DNA from: Macrostomum lignano
Lineage: Eukaryota
DNA: 64,000 nt
Reading direction: 5' to 3'
Assembly (NCBI GenBank): GCA_002269645.1
Contig: NIVC01001330.1
Coordinates: forward strand, 248,222-312,221
Shown: positions 15,101 through 27,061 of the stretch, piece after piece
How the letters are laid out: each line of letters begins with the position of its first letter
Numbering within the stretch: the stretch's first letter is position 1
Translations under genes and position numbers: made by a program
The notes under the pieces: generated by a model
The model's input: only the letters and a program-made list of their open reading frames with translations
What the model was told of the DNA's origin: nothing
Databases searched by the model: none

Positions 15101-18100
15101 CTATCGAACACACAACACACATACCCGCTTGTTGTAGTTCGGAATTTTTTGTTTTTTTATTTCAGTTTTTTATTTCATTTTTTGTTAAGCTTTTTATGTG
15201 AGTAGAGTAGAAGCTAAGGTTATAAATTATGAGTCCAAACCCCGTATTTCTGCTTGACCAAAGAGAATTTTGGTTCCGCTTTGAATAATATAGCTTTTTT
15301 TATGTTGCAGTTTAAAAAAATTAATTCCGCTTCAATGTGATCAGTATTAATTATTTCAATTATTAATAATACATGTACATGCTTCTTATTAACTATTATT
15401 ACTGACATTCTATCGAACCGATTAAAATGCTTCCGTTATTTTTTAGTATATCTATTCATCCAACAATGTACATCCACTCAGCAAAGCGAAACAGCATATG
15501 CTGGCCACTCCCCCCAAAACCCTAACAATGTACATCCACTCAGCAAAGCGAAGCAGCAGATGCTGGCCACTCCCCCACAAACCCCAACAATGTACATCCA
15601 CTCAGCAAGCGAAACAGCAGATACTGGCCACTCCCCCCCAAAATCCCAACAATGCATGTACATCCACTCAGCAAGCGAAGCAGCAGATGCTGGCCACTCC
15701 CCCCCAAAACCCCAACAATGTACATCCACTCAGCAAAGCGAAGCAGCAGATGCTGGCCACTCCCCCACAAACCCCAACAATGTACATCCACTCAGCAAGC
15801 GAAACAGCAGATACTGGCCACTCCCCCCCAAAACCCCAACAATGCATGTACATCCACTCAGCAAGCGAAGCAGCAGATGCTGGCCACTCCCCCCACAAAC
15901 CCCAACAATGTACATCCACTCAGCAAAGCGAAACAGCAGATGCTGGCCACCCCCCCCCACAACCACAACAATGTACATCCACTAAGCAAGCGAAGCAGCA
16001 GATGCTGGCCACTCCCCCCACAAACCCCAACAATGTACATCCACTCAGCAAAGCGAAACAGCAGATGCTGGCCACCCCCCCCCCACAACCACAACAATGT
16101 ACATCCACTCAGCAAAGCGAAGCAGCAGATGCTGGCCACTCCCCCCACAAACCCCAACAATGTACATCCACTCAGCAAAGCGAAACAGCAGATGCTGGCC
16201 ACTCCCCCACAAAACCCCAACAATGTACATCCACAACATGTACATTGTGGACTACAAAGCAAAACAGAAGACTTATCCACAGTCATTAAACAAGTCGCCA
16301 AACTCTAGCCAATCATACCTATTTTAACAGCTACTGTTCTGCGCAGAACAGTTCAATTATTACAGATACTCAAACAATAACGGCTCACACAACCCCACTG
16401 TCCCCGATCCGCAGACTCAGTCGGACATTTTCGGCACAGTGCAGGCGATGCACAATGAGCAGGACTGCCTGAGAGAGCGAATGGACAAGATTGAGGACTA
16501 CCTGATGATGCTGCAGGTAAATCGATTTATGATGAGCTGTAATTGATCGTATAGAGGGTAGTCGGAGGCGTAAAATCGCGTACATCATCATCTATCAGAG
16601 ATTACTCAAGAGTGTCTTAGTTCTGAGCTTCTAGCGCAGTGTCAGGGATCTGAAGCACTGTCTCGATTCCATAACTTTATTCCTGGTTTAATTTTATCTC
16701 TCTCTCAGTAGCACAAATGGCATAAACTGCGTTTAAGCCGCCAGCCTACCAACCTGAAGACAGGGGCGCCCATCTTAAAGACAAAGGGCGCCTAACTAAG
16801 ACACAGGGGCGTCAACCTAAGAGACAGGGGCGCCAACCTAAAAGACTGGGGCGCCAACCTAAGAGACAGGGGCGCCAACCTAAGAGACAGGGGTGCCCAC
16901 CTAAGAGACAGGGGCGCCAACCTAAGAGACAGGGGCGCTAACCTAAGAGACAGGGGCGCCAACCTAAAAGACAGGGGCGCCAACCTAAAAGACAGGGGCG
17001 CCAAACTAAAAGACAGGGGCACCAACCTAAAAGACAGGGGCGCCAACCTAAGAGACAGGGGTGCCCACCTAAGAGACAGGGGCGCCAATCTAAGAGACAG
17101 GCCGGGGCGCCAACCTAAAAGACAGGGGCGCCAACCTAAAAGTCAGGGGCGCCAACCTAAAAGAAAGGGGCGCCAACCTAAAAGACAGGGGCGCCAACCT
17201 AAAAGACAGGGGCGCCAACCTAAAAGACAGGGGCGCCAATCTAAGAGACAGGGGCGCCAATCTAAGAGACAGGGGCGCCAACCTAAGAGACAGGGGCGCC
17301 AACCTAAAAGACTGGGGCGCCAACCTAAAAGACTGGGGCGCTAACCTAAAAGAAAGGGGCGCTAACCTAAAAGACAGGGGCGCCAACCTAAGAGACAGGG
17401 GCGCCAACCTAAGAGACAGGGGCGCCAATCTAAGAGACAGGGGCGCCAACCTAAGAGACAGGGGCGCCAACCTAAGAGACAGGGGCGCCAACCTAAGAGA
17501 CAGGGGCGCCAATCTAAGAGACAGGGGCACAAACCTAAGAGACAGGGACGCCAGCCTAAAAGACAGGGACGCTAACCTAAAAGACAGGGGCGCCAATCTA
17601 AGAGACAGGATCGCCAACCTAAAAGACAGGGACGCTAACCTAAAAGACAGGGACGCCAACCAAAAAGACAGGGGCGCAAATATTCACCTAGAAAAAATCT
17701 AATGAATAGTGCGCATAATTTAAGTTGAACGTTTTTTCCTCTCCTGAAAAATTCTGAATTGAAAAAAATGGATCGCGGAGAACTGGTCCATTAGCTGAGG
17801 CTCTTTTATCGAAGCGATGACGGCCCTATTGTGAGCAATTTAGCCGGCAACTGTCTGGAAAGTCAGTGAATGATCTCACTGATTGCAGCTCTATTGGATT
17901 TCCTATTTGCTTTCACTCCGCCTGACAAAAGCCGAGAATCCGAAATCAGTTTAAAAAATAGAATCAAATATGCGTGCGCATACCAAAGAGCTGGGAGATC
18001 TCACGCAGATTAATGATTCTTCGCGAATTCAAAAATATAATTAAACGGACTCTGATCTCTGATTATTGATTTCCCAAGAGGATTGCTCCAGGCGTGAGAG

Positions 18101-18711
18101 GGTGCTGGTCGAGGGATTTCTCCTGGGAATCAATATCGCTGTGAGGGACTTGCACAGCGGCCATTGCAAGTGGATATTTGCACTTATGAACTGATAATAT
18201 TTTGGATTCATTTTTTATAAAATGGCTAATGAGTGTCGAATAGTTCTGAATGTCCTTCTATGCAACTCTTGAGACCTCTGAGCATGAGGACAATAGGTCA
18301 TAAGTCAGTACAATGAGCATCAGTGAGGGTTCATGAGTCAGCACAATGAGCATCAGTGAGGGTTCATGAGTCAGCACAATGAGCATCAGTGAGGGTTCAT
18401 GAGTCAGCACAATGAGCATCAGTGAGTGTTCATAGGTCAGCACAATGAGCATGAGTCAGGGTTCATGAGTCAGGGTAATGATAAATAACTTAAAGATTAT
18501 TTCGTCCTAAACATTAAAAATCAACATGCTCATTAAAACTTTGTCAACCTTGGCATTGCAGCAACAGATGTTGAATCTGCCAAGACTTCTGAGAGACACA
18601 GCAGGCAGTTCGCAGCAGCAACAGCAGCAACAGCAACAGCAGCAGCAGCATCTACCTACTAGAAGAAACATTCTGGCCAATGCTTCTTTCAACCAGACCA
18701 TTGGCCATTAA
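121..18711 (+). CDS. KCNN: Small-conductance calcium-activated potassium channel (SK/KCNN family), 9 coding exons
   Basis: Exons read from GT/AG boundaries with consistent phase: 121-1095, 4022-4117, 6063-6481, 7244-7379, 10594-10704, 11945-12072, 12511-12580, 16415-16516, 18562-18711. Hallmarks: [19 protein letters not shown], pore [14 protein letters not shown]6 [26 protein letters not shown], calmodulin-binding [16 protein letters not shown]...RKFLHAIH...NTLVDLAK. The last two exons are less conserved and less certain. Confidence 0.95.
1253..1405. repeat. 14-bp minisatellite (TCTGATGTACACTC)n in SK intron 1
   Basis: About 10 near-identical tandem units visible. Confidence 0.9.
5718..5957 (-). 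mobile_element. Interspersed ~240-bp repeat (SINE-like, unclassified), copy 1
   Basis: Shares long blocks with 52817-53048 (AAATTGGAA.CTCGGCTTGGCTCTGCT.GTGCAAT; TGCGTATGACTGCGT; GCAATGCCTCTC.CCGGTTGTG.GACAATGTCGCTT). A partial inverted copy lies at about 32912-32950. Strand and class are tentative. Confidence 0.7.
6590..7003. repeat. 16-bp minisatellite (TTTACCAGCTCGATAC)n
   Basis: About 25 tandem units in an SK intron. Confidence 0.95.
11153..11853. mobile_element. Non-autonomous hAT-type (Charlie-like) MITE with CT-rich interior
   Basis: Termini CAGGGGTGGGCAAA...TTTGCCGACCCCTG; imperfect 8-bp flanks CCGTAGAG / CCGCATAG (6/8 match); interior about 11255-11710 is a (CT)-rich low-complexity tract. 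Confidence 0.75.
15460..16250. repeat. ~60-bp minisatellite (CCAACAATGTACATCCACTCAGCAAAGCGAAGCAGCAGATGCTGGCCACTCCCCCACAAACC)n
   Basis: About 13 tandem units; explains the overlapping repetitive ORFs here. Confidence 0.95.
16758..17678. repeat. 21-bp minisatellite (CAGGGGCGCCAACCTAAGAGA)n
   Basis: About 43 tandem units. Confidence 0.95.
18295..18455. repeat. 33-bp minisatellite (GTCAGCACAATGAGCATCAGTGAGGGTTCATGA)n
   Basis: 4-5 units just upstream of the last SK exon. Confidence 0.85.
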
Positions 18712-19429
18712 CTGACCAGAGAGTTAATTTTGAGTCACTGTTTAACCTCTCTGCTATTTTTAAAAGCAATGCTATTTGTTTGTCAACACAATATTGTCTT
18801 TTTCTCGGCATAGTCATTCAACTAAAGTGCATATAAAAAACAGGTTATTATTAATCATATTGCCTCTCCATCAGGTTCTATCATTCTCGAGTACTTTTTG
18901 TACCGGGGAGCACTGCTCACAACTGGACAGGACGGAATTTAAAGTCGATAAATTGATTCATCTCAGTGTGTGACATTCCGCAACTGCACATGCTATATAT
19001 AACCATGTTAAAGTGCATGCTGGTAGTAATGCTTTCACTTGTACATAGGCAGCGAGTCAGTGACCTGTGACAGTAGATTATAGGGATAATCCATAAACGC
19101 ACCCCACCACCTGTACACACCTATACCTGATTGGTTAGCTATTCAATAGTTTGTTTGCATAAAACCGATGACGCACCTGAGAGCATACATATGATGAGAG
19201 CATGAAATCTTTAATTTGGTAATGCTCTGTGGGAGCCATGTGCTTGACTCTGACTCTTATATACTGTCTTTTTATTTTACATGAAATATACATAACTCTG
19301 TTTCATTTTTAGTCGCATGAATAAACTTGCAAAAATACACAAGACAACTCGTTACTATAAACAGCAGTTAAAATGCAGGGCTGCCGCCTTGGAAATATTG
19401 ACTTTCCTTGGATCATTTGCGAAGTTGTC

Positions 19430-20585
19430 AACCATCTGCCTCATCTGACACCCCTCTGCCCTATCTGACACCCAACTCATGCCCTATCTGACACCCAACT
19501 CATGCCCTATCTGACACCCATCTGCCCCATCTGACACCCATCTGCCCTATCTGACACCCAACTCATGCCCTATCTGACACCCATCTGACACCCATCTGCC
19601 CTATCTGACACCCAACTCATGCCCTATCTGACACCCATCTGCCCTATCTGACACCAAATTGCCCTATCTGACACCCAACTCATGCCCTATCTGACACCCA
19701 TCTGCCCTATCTGGCACCAAATTGCCCTATCTGACACCAAATTGCCCTATCTGACACCCATCTGCCCTATCTGACACCAAATTGCCCTATCTGACACCCA
19801 TCTGCCCTATCTGACACCAAATTGCCCTATCTGACACCCATCTGCCCTATCTGACACCAAATTGCCCTGACACCCATCTGACTCATCTGACACTCAACTG
19901 CCTCATCTGACACCATCTGCCTCATCTGACTCCCAACTGCCCCATCTGACACCATCTGCCTCATCTGACACCCATCTGCCCCATCTGAGACCCAATTGCC
20001 TCATCTGACACCCATCTGCCCCATCTGACACCCATCTGCCCCATCTGACACCTAACTGCCTCACCTGACACCCATCTGCCCTATCTGACACCCATCTGCC
20101 TCATCTGACACCCATCTGCCTCATCTGACACCCATCTGCCTCATCTGACACCCATCTGCCTCATCTGACACCCATCTGCCTCATCTGACACCCATCTGCC
20201 TCATCTGACACCCATCTGCCTCATCTGACACCCATCTGCCTCATCTGACACCCATCTGCCTCATCTGACACCCATCTGCCCCATCTGACACCCATCTGCC
20301 CCATCTGACACCCATCTGCCTCATCTGACACCCATCTGCCTCATCTGACACCCATCTGCCTCATCTGACACCCATCTGCCTCATCTGACACCCATCTGCC
20401 TCATCTGACACCCATCTGCCTCATCTGACACCCATCTGCCTCATCTGACACCCATCTGCCTCATCTGACACCCATCTGCCTCATCTGACACCCATCTGCC
20501 TCATCTGACACCCATCTGCCCCATCTGACACCCATCTGCCTCATCTGACACCCATCTGCCTCATCTGACACCCATCTGCCTCATC
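19430..20585. repeat. 20-bp minisatellite (CATCTGACACCCATCTGCCT)n
   Basis: More than 50 units, more homogeneous toward the 3' end. Confidence 0.95.
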
Positions 20586-21127
20586 AAGAAAAAACTGTTG
20601 GTCAAGAAACAGTTTCGGCACAAAAATATCGCAGAAAAACATTGATGCTCACGGAGAACGGACAGTGGCAGAATGACTCAAGCAACAGTCGCGAGTCATT
20701 TCGCGATGCCGCAACACTTTCTGGCAAATGCATAGAAAAAATCTTTTAAAACAGCAGCAAGCATGAAAGCTTTGGCCATCGCCAAGCGGACCCGAAAACT
20801 CGACAGAAAACCGGATTAGGGCGCTTGGCAAATCGACTATCGATTGCTCAGTCCCCAGCCTCCTTCATCTGCCGCGCCGAGCTACAGCAGTAAAGTTGTT
20901 GCTCGTTTCCATCCTCTTCCACGCAGTCTCCCTCAAGTTGAGTCCTCCAACTCAAACCAAGTTTTTGTGCTTTTCAGCCGCGAAAAAAACCGTCAATGAT
21001 GTTGGAGTGGCGGCGAGAGAATTCTGCCAGAGAAAAAATAGTCAATCCACAGCTCCATCACAGAGGCGACAAAAAGCTTGAAATTGGTCGCAAATTCAAT
21101 GAAAACCTTAGAAAATTTCGCTTCTAT

Positions 21128-21790
21128 CCTATAGAGAGTGTACATTGGGGTCGCTTGATTTAGATTCTGTCCTATAGAGAGTGTACATTGGGGTCGCTTG
21201 ATTTAGATTCTGTCCTATAGAGAGTGTACATTGGGGTCGCTTGATTTAGATTCTGTCCTATAGAGAGTGTACATTGGGGTCGCTTGATTTAGATTCTGTC
21301 CTATAGAGTGTGTACATTGGGGTCGCTTGATTTAGATTCTGTCCTATAGAGAGTGTACATTGGGGTCGCTTGATTTAGATTCTGTCCTATAGAGAGTGTA
21401 CAATGGGGTCGCTTGATTTAGATTCTGTCCTATAGAGAGTGTACATTGGGGTCGCTTGATTTAGATTCTGTCCTATAGAGAGTGTGCATTGAGGTCGCTT
21501 GATTTAGATTCTGTCCTATAGAGAGTGTGCATTGAGGTCGCTTGATTTAGATTCTGTCCAATAGAGAGTGTGCATTGAGGTCGCTTGATTTAGATTCTGT
21601 CCAATAGAGAGTGTGCATTGAGGTCGCTTGATTTAGATTCTGTCCTATAGAGAGTGTGCATTGAGGTCGCTTGATTTAGATTCTGTCCTATAGAGAGTGT
21701 GCATTGAGGTCGCTTGATTTAGATTCTGTCCTATAGAGAGTGTGCATTGAGGTCGCTTGATTTAGATTCTGTCCTATAGAGAGTGTGCAT
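21128..21790. repeat. 43-bp minisatellite (CTATAGAGAGTGTACATTGGGGTCGCTTGATTTAGATTCTGTC)n
   Basis: About 15 head-to-tail units without spacers; variant units cluster at the 3' end. Confidence 0.95.
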
Positions 21791-22650
21791 TGGAGTTGCT
21801 ATGAGTATGAGCTATATTTACCTGCTATTGCTAAACCAAGTCGATACAGAAAGTCTCACGACCTGTAACACCAAATACCCTACAAGAGAAATGTTTCGGC
21901 CTTCATAAAAGCTAAAGAAGTCACGCAGTTATGGAAATCAATAAATTCTGCTTTTCCGAACCTTAAAAAACATTATGTCGTAGCAAAACAATTATTGAAA
22001 AAGAGGGCCAAAACTGATTAATATTCGTTACTTTACCAGAGTGACGAAAAAAACTCAAAATCGAAGAGGACTACCCGGAATAGCAAGGCTGCTTTTAGTT
22101 AATCCAGAATCAACGCGGCTTCCTGCCAGCATGCTAACAGACGCGGTGCTTCAATACTGAAGAAGAAACCCAGCACGTGACTGTTAATCAAGATCTGCAA
22201 AACCTATACGAAAGCCTTAGTGTGGATGAAGAAGAAAAACTCAATTAAAAAGAATCCACAAATTGTAGAAAATGAAACAAAAGATAAGAAATGGAGATAA
22301 CAGAAACTGCTCTAAATTAAGATAGGCTACGAGCAGGTGGCACCCCTATCGCGGCGAGGGACAGGTGCGCACAGCTCTGTGTGTTTCATCAACTGCATGG
22401 ACTACAGAGTTGTAGTTGTAGTTTTTTGCCGTACCGTACATGATGTGCGCAGTGGCGTCGCCTCCTGGGGGGTGGAGCACAAAGGAGGGACATTTCCCCC
22501 AGTGAAAGCTATGGGGAGAACATGCCAATTCATATTCCCTCCCCCACGTTATGAGACGTTATGGAAATCAATATTTTTTGCTTCAGGACGCCAAAATATA
22601 GCGATTCTTCCGATAAAATGACCGCCTGAAGAGCCAAAATAATTGTCTAT

Positions 22651-23295
22651 GGCGCCAAAACGAGTGTCTGCGGCGGCAAAATGAGTGCCTGCAGTGCCAA
22701 AATGAGTGCCTGCGGTGCCAAAATGAGTGCCTGCAGTGCCAAAATGAGTGCCTGCGGTGCCAAAATGAGTGCCTGCGGAGCCAAAATGAGTGCCTGCGGA
22801 GCTAAAATGAGTGCCTGGGGCGCCAAAATGAGTCTTTATGGCGCCAAAATGAGTGCCTGCGGAGCCAAAATGAGTGCCTGCGGCGCCAAAATGAGTGCCT
22901 GCGGAGCCAAAATGAGTGCCTGCGGAGCCAAAATGAGTGCCTGCGGAGCCAAAATGAGTGCCTGCGGCGCCAAAATGAGTGCCTGGGGCGCCAAAATGAG
23001 TGCCTGCGGAGCCAAAATGAGTGCCTGCGGAGCCAAAATGAGTGCCTGCGGAGCCAAAATGAGTGCCTGCGGAGCCAAAATGAGTGTCAGCGGAGCCAAA
23101 ATTAGTGCCTCCGGCGCCAAAATGAGTTCCTGGCTGCGGCGCCAAAACGAGTGCGCCAAAATGAGTGCCTGCGGCGCCAAAATGAGTGCCTGCGACGCCA
23201 AAATGAGTGCCTGCGGAGCCAAAATGAGTTCCTGCGGAGCCAAAATTAGTTCCTGCGGAGCCAAAATTAGTTCCTGGCTGCGGCGCCAAAACGAG
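22651..23295. repeat. 21-bp minisatellite (GCCAAAATGAGTGCCTGCGGA)n
   Basis: About 30 units; produces the spurious SAGTHFG/MSACGAK ORFs. Confidence 0.95.
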
Positions 23296-24597
23296 GGCCT
23301 GCGGCTGCATGGCAAGCTGCATAGCTGGTATGGCAACTGCATGCGTACATTCAAAGGAAATCGGAAACCCGACCCGCGTCTTAATTGATCCCTTTCATCA
23401 TGAAAAGGAAGTCAAACAGACGGGCACATGTAAAGAAAAGGGGGGGGATGTTTTAAATCAAGATAAGCTTCTATTGACGAGGTCTGTAACATGCCAATTT
23501 TGACATGTTTACAATTTCAATGGCTGACAGTAATGAGACGGGGGTGCAGCGCTTGTTTACCAGTGAAATATCAAAATATAAGGTAATTACCCGTAAATCT
23601 GTAAAAGTGCAACTACAATAGTGGTAGTTTCACTCCTAACAGGGGTTAACAGCATTGATTGAAATACATGCAGATTAATTAGGTACATTTACAGAGAGTT
23701 GGCTCCTCATAAAATATTCACCAAAAGCTCCCGTATTTGATTCCACGTACATTGATACGCTGCTCGTGTAGAGTACAGAAATCAAACGCAAGGACTACTA
23801 AAGTAGAAGGGCGCAACACTCGAAATCTATGGAAAATGTTTTGAAGGCCACTTTTCGCCAAAAAATGTACTACGGAGATAGGAATTTTTCATCTTTTCAG
23901 CACAAAAATGGTTACTGCATTCGATAGGAGGCAGAGCCAATGTTCATTTTTAGATATGTTGTGCCTTATAGCTCTATTGATATTCATAAAGCTTTTTGTT
24001 CAGAAAATTAGGATTCTGTGTTAATTTTTGATTCTACGTACAATTTCATATGTCCCGTGCCTAAGAACCATTTAAATTTTTATTGGTTGTAACAAATATG
24101 TGTAACAAAGATAATAAAATAGAATCATAAAACCAAAGATTCGAGCTGTGCCATTTATTATTATGATTTTTAGGTACAGGAAATTCCATTCGTGGAATAT
24201 GTGAAATTATAAGACTATAAGTTTTAAAAAAGACCAATTATATTATAGCAAACTTAGTTATACTCGTATACTCGTTATGCAATTAAAAAAACGAATAGTA
24301 AGGAACCTTCAGAGCGTAGCATCAGCTGAAAGCATTCAAGCAAAAGATTAAAGCCTGCAATTTCTAGGCAAGCGTATAATTGGAACAGTCTTCCTTATTT
24401 TCTGAGAGGATTATTAAAGGATTTTTTTGGACCAACTGAACTGGAATTGAAGCTTGCGAGCTAATGATTATAGCTGCTGTCAGAAGGTCTAAAAGAAGCC
24501 CTGTTTTGGTAAGTTAACTCCGAGTTGCCACAGAATTTCCGACGTTAGTGGCGCATGCATAGTCAAACTTCAATTGATAGATCATTGATCGAAAGCT

Positions 24598-25432
24598 TTT
24601 GGCAGTGGATGAGTAACTCCTTTGACAGTGGATGGGTGACCCCTTTGGCAGTGGATGAGTAACCTTTTTGGCAGTGGATGAGTAACCCCTTTGACAATGG
24701 ATGAGTAACCCCTTTGACAGTGGATGAGTAACCCCTTTGACAGTGGATGGGTGACCCCTTTGACAGTGGATGGGTGACCCCTTTGACAGTGGATGAGTAA
24801 CCCCTTTGACAGTGGATGGGTGACCCCTTTGACAGTGGATGGGTGACCCCTTTGGCAGTGGATGAGTAACCTTTTTGGCAGTGGATGGGTGACCCCTTTG
24901 ACAGTGGATGAGTAACTCCTTTGACAGTGGATGAGTAACCTTTTTAGCAGTGGATGGGTGACCCCTTTGGCAGTGGATGGGTGACCCCTTTGACAGTGGA
25001 TGAGTAACCTTTTTGGCAGTGGATGGGTGACCCCTTTGACAGTGGATGAGTAACCCCTTTGACAGTGGATGAGTAACCTTTTTGGCAGTGGATGGGTGAC
25101 CCCTTTGACAGTGGATGGGTGACCCCTTTGACAGTGGATGAGTAACTCCTTTGGCAGTGGATAAGTAACCTTTTTGGCAGTGGATGAGTAACCCCTTTGG
25201 CAGTGGATAAGTAACCCCTTTGACAGTGGATAAGTAACTCCTTTGGCAGTGGATGAGTAACTCCTTTGGCAGTGGATGAGTAACCCCTTTGACAGTGGAT
25301 GATTACCCCTTTGACAGTGGATGATTACCCCTTTGACAGTGGATGAGTAACCCCTTTGACAGTGGATGATTACCCCTTTGACAGTGGATGATTACCCCTT
25401 CGACAGTGGATGAGTAACCCCTTTGGCAGTGG
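24598..25432. repeat. 23-bp minisatellite (GACAGTGGATGAGTAACCCCTTT)n
   Basis: About 36 units. Confidence 0.95.
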
Positions 25433-26007
25433 TTGTGAAAAAGTCCAGACAACAGCTCCAGGAAATTTCTTTGTGTAGGAAGTCCTCAAGCACTTGCATA
25501 TCTAGTGCGATAGCAGCAACGGAGCATTTAGCGGTTTTTTAGGCTAAACAAATCCTTGATTCCTAGCCCATAAACAGTGAGCCAGAGTGTTATTAGCAGG
25601 AGAGCTTGCACTGCACAGACGACAAGTGGAAAAGTATTTTGGCCGCTAAAAGGAAGGAAGCTCAGCCAAGGGCCACGGCTCCAAGGTAGATTTTATGAAC
25701 ATTACGTATATTTTTTCACTCAAAGGCTTTCTGCTTTATGCTGAGGCCCGATTGCATCCTGGAGATGTCATTGATTTACAACGCAAAAGCCAGGGTGCGA
25801 GAAATCAACGCCTGCCGCTGAAGGGGCCGCGACAAAAAAACACGGTCTTCTCGGCTTGGTGCTGATGTTTATGACCTCACTTCCTTACAATAACCTGTTT
25901 ATTGAGAAATTTATTGACTTGGCTAAGGGTGTGAATCAAACTGAAGGTACGAGAGGAGCGGCTCAGCGAAGGATGTTATGCGACAGAGACAGACTGAGAT
26001 ATATTCA

Positions 26008-26016
26008 GACAGGCAT

Positions 26017-26070
<54 letters not shown>

Positions 26071-26110
26071 GGACGGACAGACAGGCAGGTAGACAGAGAC
26101 AGACACACAC

Positions 26111-26164
<54 letters not shown>

Positions 26165-26206
26165 GGACGGACAGGCAGGTAGACAGAGACAGACACACAC
26201 ACAGTC

Positions 26207-26258
<52 letters not shown>

Positions 26259-26300
26259 GGACAGACAGGCAGGTAGACAGAGAGACAGACACATACAGTC

Positions 26301-26360
<60 letters not shown>

Positions 26361-26402
26361 GGACAGACAGGCAGGTAGACAGAGACAGACACACACACAG
26401 TC

Positions 26403-26446
<44 letters not shown>

Positions 26447-26488
26447 GGACAGACAGGCAGGTAGACAGAGAGACAGACACATACAGTC

Positions 26489-26520
<32 letters not shown>

Positions 26521-26690
26521 GGTCGGACAGACAGGCAGGTAGACAGAGAGATAGACACACACACAGTCAGAGAGACAGACAGACAGACGGTCGGACAGAC
26601 AGGCAGGTAGACAGAGACAGACACACACACACAGTCAGACAGACAGACAGACACACAGGCAGTCAGACACAGACAAGCACACAGGCAAAG
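26008..26690. repeat. Compound (GACA)n microsatellite with higher-order structure
   Basis: GACA runs punctuated by GGCAGGTAGACAGAGA. Confidence 0.95.
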
Positions 26691-27061
26691 ACAGTCGGTG
26701 AAATACCAACCCATCTCCAAAAAAAGCAGACTTCAAATTAAATAAAAAAAAATTTTAAAACTCGCATGTTGTTGTGCGACAAAGGATCAAAACAGGGACA
26801 AAATCGAATCAATGCCAGTGAAGAAGTATAATACATAATATAATCATAATCATATATTCATAATGCCAACCTACAGAGTCAATATGAATGGCCAATTTAC
26901 TAAGGAAGCAAAACGTTAATCAGGCGAACGAAAGACTTCCAATAAAAAAGATTAATAAAACTGTTTGAAAAAATGAAATCAGAATTAGCAAATTCAAGCC
27001 TTTAAGCAGTCACGGCCCACATGTTGTCCATTGCTCATCTCTACATATAAAAATCAAAACT

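Noticed and set aside
12600-15450. AT-rich SK intron segment as a Helitron or other transposon
   Set aside because: No termini, hairpin-CTRR end, TSD or transposase remnant could be identified by eye.
21128-21790. CRISPR-like array (also considered for 15460-16250 and 53437-55629)
   Set aside because: Units are head-to-tail with no unique spacers and no cas genes; ordinary eukaryotic minisatellites.
15478-26720. Long ORFs over the repeat arrays (e.g. 15498-16289, 17090-17659, 22549-23322, 25978-26610; likewise 11207-11944, 30689-32034, 44489-44965, 53978-55549)
   Set aside because: They are translations of tandem repeats open in several frames, with no splice or domain support.
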